Shown piece after piece: positions 1-15,082 of a stretch of 64,000 nucleotides of DNA (position 1 is the stretch's first letter; every line of letters begins with the position of its first letter). The notes beneath the pieces were generated by a model, which was given only the letters and a program-made list of their open reading frames with translations, had not been told where the DNA came from and did not search any database. A program made the translations under genes and the position numbers. The DNA lies in NCBI GenBank assembly GCA_016748015.1, contig JAAOMT010000040.1:434001-498000 (forward strand), in the 5' to 3' direction. The stretch is from Geosiphon pyriformis uo1. Taxonomy: Eukaryota > Fungi > Glomeromycota.

Positions 1-1714
1 TCACCTGACCACTCAGTGTTGGATTAGGACCAGCAGATTTGCGTCTGGTTGGTTTTCGATATAAATCATCATCGTCTAGATCTTCCCTATCATCATCCTT
101 TGGTAGAATCCCGTCTGTCGATGCCATTAGAGAATGATGACTATATGAACGTCCGGATAAACTCCGTTTTAGCTTTCGATGCCTTGGTGAACGTGGTGAT
201 CGCATTGTATCTTGAAAATCGTCTGGAATGATTAACAGACCAGCAGCCAAAATAATTCCACGACTCCTGTTTTCCTTATCGGATAGAACCTTAACATCTG
301 AAGAAATTTTCGGTTCTGCCTTAGGCTCCTTGGAGAGGGCATCCCAGTAGACACGATTATCTGCTAGAATGTCCAAGAAAATGGTTGCTGGTTGCAAGAA
401 AGTGGCCAAAGCTTCAAAGAATGGTTTGACGAAAAAGTCGCCAAAACCCAGACTAATTTGACATTGGTGTGCTTGATTACGATCCATATTTGAGGAGACT
501 GGTAAATTATTTTTCTTTTCAAGATCACCTTGATTGAAAAATTCAGTCACCACCATATCAGACCAATGTTTTGATATCTCCCATGGGCGAACAGCATTAC
601 TGAGATCAGCGGCATGAATTAGACAGTTGAGCCAAAGTTGACGTTGTTCAGAATCCAAAGAGAAAATGACGGAAGTTCTAGTCGAAGATCGAGAACTATT
701 GGATTCAAATAGACTGCTTTGAGAGGAACTTGATGATAAAGGTGAAGAAGATTTGAGTGATGAAGAGGCCGAAGAAATCGGGGAATTGGGACAACTTTGA
801 TCCATTTCACAATCGGAATTTTCGTTGGAGGAACAAGCTGGTGACCATATAGATTCGATCATGTTATTCAAATTTTCCATTAACTCAAAATGGAAAATCA
901 TATCAGTTGCTAAAATTGTTTTTGTTATGACGCTCCGTACAGAATCTTCTGCTTCTTTTGGTTCCATAGCAAAGTATTCAGTGTTGCAATTGTGTACGTT
1001 TCGTAAAAGTTTGTGTTTTGTAAGGATGTCCATAGTGAGGGTACAAGAGTGATTTTCGAGTACTGATTGATCATTATATCGGATAGCAAGCTCTGTTTTG
1101 GCATTAACCTGATATACATTATTTAAACCAGGCTGTGAAAGATGATAGATAATTGTAAAAGATATTTGAGTATACTTGCGGAATAAAAAGTTGATAAACT
1201 TGAAAAATGGGAAAAAAAATAATACATACGTGACCAATATCATGACATAATCCTGCTATTAATAATGAGACACATTCTAATGGTGTAAGGAATTTACCGG
1301 CACCCAACTCGGTGAGCATATTATACAACACAACGACCACGTCAACTGCATGATAAAAGGAATGGTAGGAAGTGTCTAAATAGCCTTGGTTGACTTCAAT
1401 TATGAAGTCGAGCATTTCCGAGGTTGTAATATTTAAAGTTCCTTGAATATCTTGTTTGACTAGCATGCCTAATAAGATGCCGTATAATTCTGGTATCGTC
1501 CAGTCCCAAACTTTAAAGTTCATTCCAGTATTTGGTAGTTTACCATCAATGAATTTAAGCATTGTCTAGAAAGTTTTAAGAATGATTTATAATCATTATT
1601 AAGAGTTCAGTAGACTTTTTTCTCGACCAAAACTTTCAAAACGGAAAAAAAACTTACTCTTTCACAAGTTATAAGATGGTCCGAAGAAAGTGAGTTGTGT
1701 CTTAATACCAACAT
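1..1714 (-). CDS. Class I cyclic-nucleotide phosphodiesterase (PDEase_I), 3' end beyond window; exons 1714-1658, 1565-1230, 1132-<1
   Basis: Spliced translation gives YHSFYHAVDV, HDIGH|PGLNN, YNDQSVLENH, ILATDM, LIHAADLSNAVRPW and EFFNQGDLEK; GT-AG introns keep frame. Confidence 0.93.
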
Positions 1715-2492
1715 GATTTATGTTTTGTGTGTTTCAGAAATACGTGAGCGTGAAAGTTGAAGTAGTTGTTGAAACCAAAAGAGTTTTTTTCTTTTGTGGT
1801 GGGGTTGGTTAATAGTTTGTGTGTATATGAAAAGTTGAGTATATATGTACACTAAAAAGGGGAACTTGTTTTGTTTCGTAAAAATGGGTAAAAAAGAAGT
1901 TGACCGGACGACAAAAAAAAAAAAATGAAGTCTTTTTGCGAAATATATATATATATATATGCGTTTAATTTTAATTGTGCTTAGGAATGGAATTGTCGTA
2001 TCTTTTTTTAATGTTGTAGTATACCTATCATATATATATGTACACCGTTTGTGTTCTATTTAATAACAACAACAACAACAACAACAACAAAAAATGTCTA
2101 ATAAAGTTTCAATGAACAACTTTTTAAATGTCCTCTTTTTATAATGTTCTGGAAAAAAATTTTTAAGATACGTTATATGTATTTTTAGAATAAGAATATA
2201 CATATAAATATAGATAAACAAAAAATATGAATATATATATAAATATATATGTATACGTATGTATATATAGTTGTTTTTAATTTAGTATTTGGATTTAAAA
2301 AAGGGCCAAGAAAATTAAGTCAAATGGATACACCAATAACTGATAATTAAGAGAGAGAAGAAAGGAGAGAGGGTTAAACCTGCGATATATATTTCTGAAG
2401 TATACTATTTGTGTGGCTGCCACACGGTCGGTGATTGACATTTTATATTTATTATTATAAAATATCTGATATATGATAATGTGATACGAACC

Positions 2493-2533
<41 letters not shown>

Positions 2534-2900
2534 TAAACGATGCGTGACGACAAAGAAAAATGAATCGAAAAACGTTGCAATGGTGAAACTATTGACTGTG
2601 TCATGTTACCAAAGTAAAAAGACCGAAAGGGATGCAATGGTCATAAAAAAATAATAATAAAAATAATAATAATAATATGTTGTACTATTAGAACACTCTT
2701 TGATTTCTTTTGTGTATTTTAAAAAAATGATGAGGATTAAGGGTTAATTAGGGGTCATTTGTGAAAAAGGCCCAAATAATATATGCATTAAAAAGTGGGT
2801 AATACAATCTTAAAACTGGTTAATAATATCGAATTTTCAAGAAATCAAAAAATTCCCTTTCCTGTTCAAACTTTTTTTTTTTTTTTAACATCTGAATAGT

Positions 2901-3023
2901 CACGAGTATTCGCTTGTCATGCAATATGCCAACGGTGGAGATTTAAGCCATTTTTTAAAAGAAAATTTCGATTATATTTCGTGGGGTAAAAGGGTCATCT
3001 TAGCTTCCGAAATTACATTAGGA
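2901..3023 (+). pseudogene. Fragment of a tyrosine-kinase-like protein kinase exon, cut off by adapter sequence
   Basis: HEYSLVMQYANGGDLSHFLKENFDYISWGKRVILASEITLG (kinase subdomains V-VIa) after an AG acceptor. Confidence 0.7.
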
Positions 3024-3042
3024 CTGTCTCTTATACACATCT
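3024..3042 (+). other. Tn5 mosaic end / Nextera adapter (assembly artefact)
   Basis: Exact CTGTCTCTTATACACATCT, about 300 bp before an N gap. Confidence 0.95.
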
Positions 3043-4779
3043 ACCCTAGACTGGACCACCCAAGAGCTTCTGATCAATTATAATGGCCACTAGGCCAAAA
3101 TTCCAGCCACCTGTGGCCACTTCCAAAAACCCAGCGCCAACCAAAGACCTACCTTCGAATTTGAGGAAAATCCAGCACTACCAGCCATTGAAACCTATTA
3201 GCTCTCTTGGGCTGATGACCAAAAAACAGGACTACCAGCCATACCAACGTGGACCAGCGAAGAAAGATCCGAATGGAACCAGGTAAGTTCACGAAGAAAC
3301 CACCAGCGACGCAGACCAAAGCTAGAATGCTCGGTTTNNNNNNNNNNNNNNNNNNNNNNNNNNNNNNNNNNNNNNNNNNNNNNNNNNNNNNNNNNNNNNN
3401 NNNNNNNNNNNNNNNNNNNNNNNNNNNNNNNNNNNNNNNNNNNNNNNNNNNNNNNNNNNNNNNNNNNNNNNNNNNNNNNNNNNNNNNNNNNNNNNNNNNN
3501 NNNNNNNNNNNNNNNNNNNNNNNNNNNNNNNNNNNNNNNNNNNNNNNNNNNNNNNNNNNNNNNNNNNNNNNNNNNNNNNNNNNNNNNNNNNNNNNNNNNN
3601 NNNNNNNNNNNNNNNNNNNNNNNNNNNNNNNNNNNNNNNNNNNNNNNNNNNNNNNNNNNNNNNNNNNNNNNNNNNNNNNNNNAAAAAAAAAAAAAAAGAC
3701 AAAGAACTCTCTATGTTTGTATACGCATGTCTCTCGCTGCTCATGCTCTAGAACTAGGTAGAATGGATTGTACTGTCTTTCTGCTATTTTCACTGAGGTT
3801 CTACGTATGTTGTGCGATCTTTCTCGAGATTCTTTAAACCCATCCAAAAATCATATGGACCCTTTTTCAATCGTGATAATTCAATTTAATATATTAACTT
3901 GAACCGTTATTGTTTAACGAATGTTCAACTTTAATTAAGTTCAATGTACGCTGATGTAAAATAATAATTACTAGTTTTTTAATGCCTTAAAATTAAAAAA
4001 AAAAAAGTGTAATTCAATTCACATGTAATCATAATTTTTATCACCGTTTGGAAAAATTAGTCTCAGTTTAATTTAATTTGAAAAGATTTTTTATCATGAA
4101 ATCTATTTCCAAGTTTAAAACTTTCATTGACGTCCTAAATTAAACAGAGAATCATCATTAAAGAAGTAAAAGGCTAGTATTCATTTCGACTCCGAAAAAA
4201 TTTACAAAGAAATTTTTTGACGACCCAATCAAATTTTATTCATTTACTATTTGTACAACGTGACACACTATCTGAAAATAGAAATTCCAAGAGATGAGGT
4301 TTTAGTAGTATCTGATATTGGAAAGGAATCGAAGCAAACTTTGAAAATAAAGTTTTTACCTAGATAATAATAATAATATTCATAATAAGTGGACAGAGAG
4401 ATCTTGAAAGACTTTTGTGCCAGGAAATACGAGCAAACCTTAAAAGCACCTGATACAAAAAATAATCATTCTCAGTAAAGTCACAATTCGAAAAAAAAAA
4501 AATTCTCAACATTTTCCCAAACGATCCCGCACTTGGCTACTAATGAATCAAAAAAGTTGGAATCTGGGAATTTTTTTTTGATAATATGTGGTAGTGTGAC
4601 ATTTGGTGTAACTCAATCATTTCTCAGAAAGTTAAATGATCAAACTCGTTTTTTTTACCATGCACTGCAAATATTGACAACACGTTATTTCTATTATTAC
4701 CATTACCATCACAGAAACGGTATGATATGACGGTGGGTAGTGTGCTGGTAGTACGGTGGTAGTGGTAGTGATGATTATT

Positions 4780-4842
<63 letters not shown>

Positions 4843-4884
4843 CTCTCTCNNNNNNNNNNNNNNNNNNNNAGAGAGACAGGAGAG

Positions 4885-4962
<78 letters not shown>
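4780..4962. repeat. (GA)n microsatellite spanning a small gap
   Basis: Direct reading. Confidence 0.95.
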
Positions 4963-4965
<3 letters not shown>

Positions 4966-6666
4966 CGGTGCCGGTACTGCTGATTTACCTTGTTTCCGGA
5001 TAATTATCGAAACGTGGCCAAGCCAAAAATTATAAATATTGACACTAGTACCAAACAATATGATAGTCATTGCCTCGCTCTTTGTATTAATCGTTAACCA
5101 AAAAAAAAAAAAACCAGCTTCGAACCGGAAAATCGTGGCAAAAAATAATTCCACGATGTTTCCGATTATTCTTTGTACGAGGTAAATAAAATTGAAGAGT
5201 TTTTAGTTAGATTAAAATTTTTTTTGGCTATTTGACCGTGATAAATGCATAATTACATAACATTTCAATAAATGATTTATTAATTGATTAGTATAAATGC
5301 TTTTTTTAAAATATATATATCAGAATAATATAAAAGTATATCATCGTCATCATACGTAGATGTAGTAACTTCCATCCGATCAATATGAATAATCATAATA
5401 ATAATAATAATTGATCAGCCACAGGAATCTTTTTTAGATTGTTCATTCAAGCTCGGCGAACAGTTGAATTAAAACTGTCTTTTCTTGGTGGAGATTGGTG
5501 GAAAAGCCTTTGATAAAGGAGATTTTTTTTTAAAGAAAGTTCTTTTTCTTTTTTTTTGTCAGGGCGAGAAAATTTGGCATAATAAAATTGACAATTGATG
5601 TAAAGATAAAAGAAATAGGTAATTTTTTTACGAATTTATTTTTAATATTCATGCTCTCCTAAATATGCCATCTTTCTACAAAGAAAGGACCAATGAATTG
5701 AATAAATCAAAAGATTTTCTTTGTCTTTAAACCTTCCATTGTGAAGATTTTCAAATTAAGCGGGAAAAAAAGGTCGAGCTATTCTGGGGGTCGTCAATGG
5801 AATAACTTTTAAAAACGGTTTTGATCCGGCTAACTGAGGCTTGAGCTTGAGTGGTGTTACAAAACTTTGACTTTATCGTGGCAAGTGAACATAATAATAA
5901 TAATAATAATAATAATTATTATTATTATTATTATTATTTCAGGGGTTCAAAAATTAATTAATGATCACCCGATCGACACTGCTATGTTTCGAATAAATTT
6001 CACGCCGCAGCGAACGTGATTTGTTTATCTTCAAAGTCAAATCTTTGCCGAGTTTCGAGAGAGAGAGAGAGAGAGAGAGAGAATTTCTTGTACGAAAAGT
6101 TTAACAAAGGTAAGCTTCTTTACAAAAGATAAGTAAACTGGAAGTATGATATTTGAAGCTTTACTATTAAAAAGAAGATTTTATCTTTATTTTTGTTTAA
6201 AATATGATTATTGAGTTGTATTTTTTTATATTATGTAAAAAGATTTTTCTGAATAATATTTTTAAAATATAATTGTTATTATAAATTAATTATTATTTTT
6301 TGTGCAAATTTAAATCATTCATTTTAAAATATAATAATAATAATAATAATAATAATTTAATAATGTACAAATAAATTTTTTTAAATAATAGAGTTTTGAA
6401 AAAAAAAAAAAATTGAATTCAAAAAAAAAAAAAATAACATGTAAATTATAAACAAGTATTATATACACACAATTTTTGAAAATAAAACAAATTAATATGC
6501 CAACATTTCAAAATAATAAGTAGAGAAATCTTTTTACAATTTTATTTGGAATTGGTTTAAATTTTTATTAATTACTTGAATGATCAAAAAAAAATATATT
6601 AATAAATAAATAAATATATATATATATGCAAAAGTAGATTTATCCAAATTTTATTTTAATTTCTAT

Positions 6667-6737
<71 letters not shown>
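6667..6737. repeat. (CTA)n microsatellite
   Basis: Direct reading. Confidence 0.95.
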
Positions 6738-8351
6738 TTATGACACTACGAATTGAACCTTATCAAAATTCATTAGTAGAACAAGAAGAAACTGTGACAC
6801 TTTGACAACCCCTAAAATATTTCTGTGACTTCTCCACATGAAAGTTGAATCAATTTACATAGCGTTTTTTTTTTGGCTGCATAGTACCCTATCGATGATG
6901 TAAAACTAAACTTTTTTTCCTTTACTTGAGAAATTTACCTGTCTGCAAATTGGCACATGAAAAAAAAAAGAAAAAAGAAAAAAAAAAAAAAAAAAAAAAA
7001 AAAAAAANNNNNNNNNNNNNNNNNNNNAAAAAAAAAAAATAATAATTAATTAAATTTTTTTTTTTTTTTTTATCATAATTAGGGAAATTTGAACGGCAAC
7101 GAAACGGTATCGGTGAGATTTCAATGGTTTATGCAAAATTTTATTTTGATTTAGGTAAAAAAATTATTTTTTTTTATTTTTTTTATCCTGAACAATCAAA
7201 AATAGATTTTGAAAATAATTAGGAATTGGTTATTTGACTATTTGACTATTTGACTCAATGAACCAGGATTGGATTTCTTTGAAACCTGTTTAATAAAACC
7301 TGTCAAGTATCCCCTTTGTGACAAAAAGTAAAAATAATCAATGGAGCAGATATTCATCACTTTTTCCATTAATAATCGATAAGACTTTTTCTTTGAAAGC
7401 TCATCATTACACTTACTAAAATAGTGTCATTCTCTTTGATGAAAAATCTCATGCATTGAGATAATGCGTAAACAGCATTAAAGAATTCCATTTTACATTG
7501 ACCTCTCGTGTATTAGTTTAGGGTGCTTATAGTTTTTAGGACTGCCAAGTAAACGACGACTAAAGAGTCGTTGTGTTGTTGACAATTTTCCTGGTGATCA
7601 AAAAAAAAACAAAAAAAAAACCAGCCCCAACTTATTTTTCCATCAGTGGTAATCGGGCTGGTAAATGTTTTTTTTTGAAAATTGTGATTCGTTGGGTTTT
7701 TTCTTGATAAAAATGGGAGAAATTATGCCAAGTTTGAAATATTCTTTGGGATGGTACTGTCTGATGACATAGTTCCTACGATCTAATGCCTTTTTCCCAA
7801 TTACCCACATTTACCCACATTACCCAAACAGCCTTTATGGATTTTTTATCTGATATCAATGTATCCCAAAAAACCTATCTAACTAAGTTGGGCCAATTTA
7901 GCGTGGCTGCACGTACCCAACGAACAAATGTGTGATTTGCACTTAAAGACGTTCAGATTTTTATTTAACGTGATTCCTGGGTCACATGAGAAACTGTAAC
8001 TAAATAAGTCAATTTTTAATATAATAATAGAATTTATTTTTTTATTTTTTTATTTTTTTTTTGAACATTCTCTTTTGATATTTTTATTTTGAAAAGCGTC
8101 TTTGGGAAATTTTCATTTTATGATATAATTTGATGACATCAGAAATTACCGTTCCCCTTTTTGGAAAGAGCCCGATTTTTATTTCTACAAATAAAGATTA
8201 TCAAAGAAAGTTCTGAACTTCTCATTGATAAAAAGAAACAATAAGTTGAAAAAACGTAAAATTTGCGTCATTTTTAACGTCCCTGTCTCGTTTTTTAACG
8301 CCCGTTTTGTGAATTTTCCCGCCTCGTTATCAAGTTTGTAAATACAGAATT

Positions 8352-8364
8352 GGTTGTTATTGTT

Positions 8365-8404
<40 letters not shown>

Positions 8405-8448
8405 TTGTTGTTTTTGTTGTTGTTGTTGTTGTTGCTGTTGTTGTTATT
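8352..8448. repeat. (TTG)n imperfect microsatellite
   Basis: Direct reading. Confidence 0.9.
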
Positions 8449-10081
8449 GATTACACTCTTCTATTTAATTTTTAGAGTACAAAGAAAAAAGCAGAAATTT
8501 GTGTGGTCCCTGTGAATTTTGACATTTTTGGCAGGATGATCGATTCTGCCAGTTTCGACTGTGATGAAGGAAACTATAGATCCCTGGGAAGAATGTCTCC
8601 AAAAACCTGGGAATTTTGTTTTGGCGTCATGTGTTATCACGTTTGGTCACCAATTTTACTTTTGATGATGGAATTATTATTATTATTATTATTTTTTTTC
8701 AAATTCCCAACTTTAATCCAAAGATCGGATTTGGGAAATTCCTTGGACTGACAATTGACTCGATTCGAGGTTAGAAAGAAAGTATGTAATACTTGATCAC
8801 ATTTTGAACCCTGAAAAAATATCATTTTAAAATTTTCTTTAATTAGAATTTTTTGGCAAAAAAGATTTCATTTTTAACGCTCAACGATTAGTCCGACCCC
8901 AAGTTTTTCACAGTAATTGAATGACTTCAATTATGACAAATCATCGGTTCACAACGCGAAAGGCTTAAACGTGCATGTAAAAATTCTTGTGAGATGAGAG
9001 GGGATCTACAAAGTTACAGTAGCATGGCATTACTTGGCAAAAAAAATAAGAATAATAATAATTGTTATTATTTGATTTTTTGATATAAAAAAAATACATA
9101 TTGAAATTTTTTTAATCTAAATTTCTAAAAAGGGTAAATGAACAATGGTATTTAAGACAATACCTATATTGAAAGCGTACAACCGCTATTTAAATGAAAT
9201 AAAAATGGTAGCTATTGTTATTAAATTGGGTAATTTGAGATCTGAAATTCTGCATGATGGGTGAAAAAGTGATAATTCGGCCGTTTGTTTCAAATCTTAA
9301 ATCTTTTCTTTTGATAGCCTAATTTGATTATTTAAAATCCGGGAAATCAGAGCATTAAAATTTTTTTAATATACCGTTTATTTTTGAATTTGGCAATTTA
9401 ATTATCAATAGTTTTCCAAAAAGGTAAAAAAAACCCCTTGACATTAATTTAGTTTCATTATGGAAATGAATTGGAAGGGGGGGGGGGGGTGGAAGAGGAA
9501 GGGGGTGTTTTTTTGACCGAATTCTTTTAATCTAATTTTTGTTTGTAAATATTTATGAAAAAATCATTAATTTTTATTAATTTAAATTTACTATTTTGAA
9601 TATTCGTTCATCAAGATTAAAAAAATTTTCATTTATATGAAATTAAAAAGTTTTCGATTAAAAGATTAAGAACCAAAAATCTTTAATTATGAAAAAAGTT
9701 TATTTAAAGATTTAATGGTAAAAAAAAAAAAACAGAAAAAAATGAGCGAGAATATTTTTAAAATAATACCATTTGGTCAGTTGGTTGGTTGGTTGGTTGG
9801 TTGGTTGATTGGGGACAGGACATAACAGGTTTGATTTTTCCTTTTTTAGTTCTTCTTCTCCATAATTTCAATAAATTTTTTTCTTTTTTTTTTTTGTACT
9901 TTTTTCCCCATAATTTTAATCATTATTCTTTTCTTTTTTTTTTTGTACTTCTTCCCCACACCTCACTCGACAAATACATTGAGATCTAATGACGATTTAA
10001 TCTTTGTTCAGGTGGACATTTTCTACGAAACAATCCTCCCTATTGTTGAAAAAAATAAATTTATTGGGTTCTATGATGATG

Positions 10082-10122
<41 letters not shown>

Positions 10123-10364
10123 TATAATTATACAAATCAAAAACTGTTAAACATGAAAAATTCTACCAATTTTAAAAGGTCTCATGTACTAGAAAGATTA
10201 TTAGAGGCAAAATTTTTAAAAGGAAAATAAACATGTATCTTTTGTACTCGGGTAAATATTTTCAACTTTGTATCGCAATATGTCATGGAAAACTTTTTTG
10301 GTTCTACAATGAAAAATAGAAAGAAGGAGTAAAAAGGAAATTTTCTAAAGAAAATAAATAAATA

Positions 10365-10402
<38 letters not shown>

Positions 10403-11462
10403 TAAAATTAAATAGGGGAAAATTCTAAATGGCTTTACAATGGTCAAATCAATCATGATTGTTGTTGTTGGATAAGACTAAAAATAAAAAAATTATTTGA
10501 TATCCTTTTTCGGTTTTTAAATAGACGGCCGGAAAAAAAATGATCAAAATAAATTTTTAATTTCCAAATCTTTTAAACCTGATATAATTGTAAAATTTTT
10601 AATTCATCTTATCATTCATTTCCTTCATTGTGAAAAATCATAATCTCAAGTTTACAAATAATGAATAGTTTTGAAATCAATTAAAAAAAAAAAAGTGGTC
10701 CAATCTTTCTTTGAAATTTAGTGTTCAACCTTTTTTTTTTTTATCCTTTAATCTTTTTTCTTTTTTACCAATATGTGTTTTTGGGTTCACTATATTTTTT
10801 TTTTTTTTTTTGTTAAAGTTTCCTGCGAAACCTTTCAATTGTTTCATAGATTAAAACATTTTTTATTCAGTTCTGAAACAGTGATACCACAAAAGATTGG
10901 TACAGATTTCCCCTGAAATGCCTCACAACAATTTGTGATGTACTCTGCACTGAATGCGTTTTCGCGTGTCCATTATTATTACAAATAACACAATCACAGA
11001 TCATTTACCTTCACTTTTACAGATTTGTACCTTTTTGGTACATTAATAATTTATGGGATTAAAAAAATTTTTTTTAATCAAATGTAAAAAAGTAAAAATT
11101 CTATCATTCTCATTTAAACTCTATGTATATGCAAAATTGATAGGTTTTATTTTGTGGGGAAGTATCTTGTATCTTTGTATCTAGTTTCACTTTTTTATTT
11201 TTATTTTTTTTATTTTTTTTTATTTTTTTTTTTTGAATAGCATTTGTTTCAAAAATGTGGGGTGGTTTTTTTTTTTTTGCAGAATTTTTTGCCGTTATTA
11301 TTATGATATCGAAAATTGCTAATTAATAAAATCAAATTTTTTAAAAATGTTTTTTTCAATAATTTTTTTTTTTTTTTTTTTTTACAAAAATTAAATTAAA
11401 AATAATAAAACAGTTTAATATATTGTTTTTAATAATATATTTAAAACTAAAAAATTCCATAA

Positions 11463-11501
<39 letters not shown>

Positions 11502-14500
11502 AATTTATTAAATGTAATCTTAAAAAATATTACAATTTTAAAATAAAAATATATGGTTTTAATTTTCTATAATATTATTTTAATTTTTTAATATAAACAA
11601 TATTATTTATTAATTAAATAAAAATATGTATGTTAAAATAAAACTTGATTTGTTTTTTTAATATAAAATAAAATAAAAACATTGTTAAAAAAACACTACT
11701 AAAAAAAATCACATAATTAAATATTATTAATTAATATTTATCTTAATAAACATGTTATTGTTATTTAAATTAAAATTATTATTATTATTATTAAAAGTGT
11801 TTTTTGCTTTTTATTTTTAATAACCAAAAAATTAAAAAATCTAAAAATAGTTTAATTGTAATAATATTAATTACATTTAATTAATTTTATTTTGGTTGTA
11901 AATAATAATTTTTTTATTTATTAGTATTTAATTGTATTATTTAATAATAATAATATTATTATTATTATTATAATCGTTAATTATAAAATTGTTTTTTTTA
12001 AAAACTTTATCAATTTTAAAATTCTAAAAAATCAATAAAAAAAATATATATATATAAATATATTTATAATAAATAAGTATTAAAAATTTACTTAAATAAA
12101 ATAAAACTATAAAGTTTTTTTGGTTTAAAAAATAAATAATAATTTAATGTAAATTTAAATAACTGATTACATATAAACAAAATATAAGCTGTATTTATTT
12201 TTATTTATAGTTATAAAAATTAAGTTATAAATAATTTTAAAAATCATAAATAAAAATAATTAATTAATTAATACTAATTATAAAATAATCATATATTTTA
12301 ATTAATAATAATAATAATAATAATTAAGAAATAATTTTATAATAATTTTTAAATTGAATTTTAATTAATAATAACAACATTATTATTTATAATTGAATTT
12401 AAACTAATTGTTATAATTTAAACTGATTGTTATAATTAAAATTAATAAAATATAACTAATAAAAAAATAAAAAAAAAGCTGACTTTAAAACAGTATTAAT
12501 AAATTTAACTTTTTTCAAATATATTTAGCTGGTGCTTTGTAAAATGCCAAAAAAAAATAATTTACTTTTGTAAAATTGAATAATAGTAATAAGTTATTTT
12601 GGTTTTTTTAACTATTTAAACAATAGTAATAGTAATTAAAAAACAGTAATTTTGTTATTGACTTGTTATTAAAATTTTAAACCTCTTAATGATGATTATA
12701 TCCACATTAAATTTGTTTTTAATGTGTTATTTAAATAAAACTTGAACTAAAAAAAAAATTTAGTTAAAAAGAAAAAAAAGGTTTTCAAACAATTAAATTT
12801 GTTTAGGTTTAAAATTTTCATAAATTAATAACATTTAATTTTGAAAACTTTTAATTAATTAAATTATTTTCATTGATAATCAAACAATAATTAATTTAGA
12901 AATTATCATTTTTTAAACTTAAACATTTTAACCAATATTCACAAAATCAGACAAGTAAAAAATGTGAAAAAAAAACCAATTTAAACAAACAAATAAATAT
13001 TAATTTAATGAAAGAATGAAATTCGGAGCATATCAATATAACTCGTGACATAGTATGCTACGTGACCTCCTTTTTAATAGGAAGCACCTTCTAAAAAATA
13101 ATCAGATTAGAAGAAAAAATTTCTCATTTATTAAAAGTATTAATAGCAATTCACTTTCTTAAATTGGCAGTTTGTTGATTAAATTTCTGGATTTAAAATT
13201 TTCTTACCATTGTAATTGAAAATCCTTTTTTTATTTTTTTTTAAAATAAAATCCTGGGTGACATTTTGAAATCTCTTTTGATAATTTCAAACTAATGATC
13301 ATTTTATTTATTTTTTCCCACGACAAATTTCCAGATGCCAATTTTTATTGCAATGAAAATCTTTATAGCGCAAAAACTTATTTCGAATTCTTCAAGCGAT
13401 GTAATTTCGCAGCGTGAGAAATTTTTTCTATAAATTTAAACTTTCCCTTGCCTTAAATTCATTCCAGCCAGCATCAGACAAATCTTTAATTTAGTTCCGA
13501 ATCAAATTGATGAAGTGTCAAGCGTAAAATCATACAGTGAGAGAAATTTTACTTGGTGAGAAATTTGTTTTTTTTTTTGAAATCCCTATTGTGAAATTTG
13601 TTTCTTGTTTGATTATAAAAGGCAAAAAGGTTTACTGGAAAAACAACTACTTTGTTTTCAATATAAGCCACACTTTCTTTAAGTCTTTTCCAAAATAAGA
13701 AAAACTGTCAGAGGCATTGTTAAATTGTATCCCAGTTCTTCCACTACGTCCTTTATCAAACATCTTTTTTTTTTTTCACTAAACATAAGAATTGTATTAT
13801 TCGCCGATTGTAAAGAAAACTTGATTAACATTTTTCTCATACGAATTCAAAAAGAGCTTAGAATAAATGAAACGGATTATTTCGGAACTGCCCCAAAAGT
13901 TTTTTATGGGTTCTGGAATTATATCCTCTATCACACTCTATGCAAATATATTAAAAGTAAAAAAAATTGGTTTATTTATAAAAATTAAATACTTCATGTC
14001 TCCAATTTCTCGAATCAATATTGAAAATGAATATTTTATTAATTTCTCTTAAACTCCTATATCTACTCGAACGTGATAAACCCCAAGTCTTGAGTTGAGG
14101 GCTTCGATCCCAAAGATGTTTCAGAGAATTTTTTTGCGAACTCTGTAGCCTATTCATCACATATTATATCAATGTGTTCAAAATTTGTCCCAAAGAAATT
14201 ATTTTCAAGATTTTTTTAAGGGAAATTTCAGGTCTCTTTTCGTGAAGGATAAATTTTTGCATAATAGCTTTCATCAAAACTGATCAATGACTTATTTATT
14301 AATCTAACTATTAAATTTTTTATCATAATTGAGGTATAAAATACTAAATTAATTCTTTTTGCTTACCATTTCATAAAATATATCTTTATTTTTATCATAT
14401 TTAACATGTTTTCTAAAATTTTTACACAGAAATTTTGATTTATTAAATTTTTTTTATTGTTTTTTTACTTACTTTTAAATACTGTATTAAATATATTTAT

Positions 14501-15082
14501 TTTTTGTTTGATCTTTTGGATACTTATTTTAATATTAAATTTGTTAAAATCACATTTTTATATAATTACTAAATTAATAAAAAACTAAACGGTCTCTATA
14601 TTATATAATTAACAAATTTATTAAAAAATTATTTAATAATGGAATTATAATTATTAATAAAAGTTTAATTCCATCTCGTTTATTTAACGCACAAAACAAA
14701 AAATGTTAATATCTCTAAAATAAGTAATTACAACATGTAGAAAAAATTGAAAAAAAAAAAAAGCAGTAAAAGAAATTGATCTGCACACACAAGAACCTTT
14801 GAAAAAAAAGCCAAGAAAGAAATTTCTTTGAATCTTAATGTTGCCCCATCACATATTATAAATTTTTGCTCCCCTTTAGTCCCCCGCTAATTTTATTCGC
14901 TCCAATAAAGTTGTTGTTTGTTTCTTAATGTGTAAAAGGTATTTTAAATAGATGCTCTTTTACTTTACAATATTCTTCCTAGTGTACAAATACCCCTTAT
15001 CGATCACCGGTTGCGTGACAATAAAACTTCATAATAAATATTTAAGCCTGTTGTTTCAGCTTTTTACTTTTTCCGCTATAAA

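Noticed and set aside
2893-2908. 16-bp identity TGAATAGTCACGAGTA with 15793-15808
   Set aside because: Both are acceptor-exon junctions with no extended homology; treated as chance
3149-3847. Long ORFs spanning N runs (also 4624-5154 and 31128-31943)
   Set aside because: Artefacts of gaps and microsatellites
5892-5937. (AAT)n(ATT)n self-complementary microsatellite (also near 10366 and 11943)
   Set aside because: Common in AT-rich genomes; no evidence of function
13300-14290. Possible coding or pseudogene fragments
   Set aside because: Short ORFs with no recognisable motif or consistent exon chain
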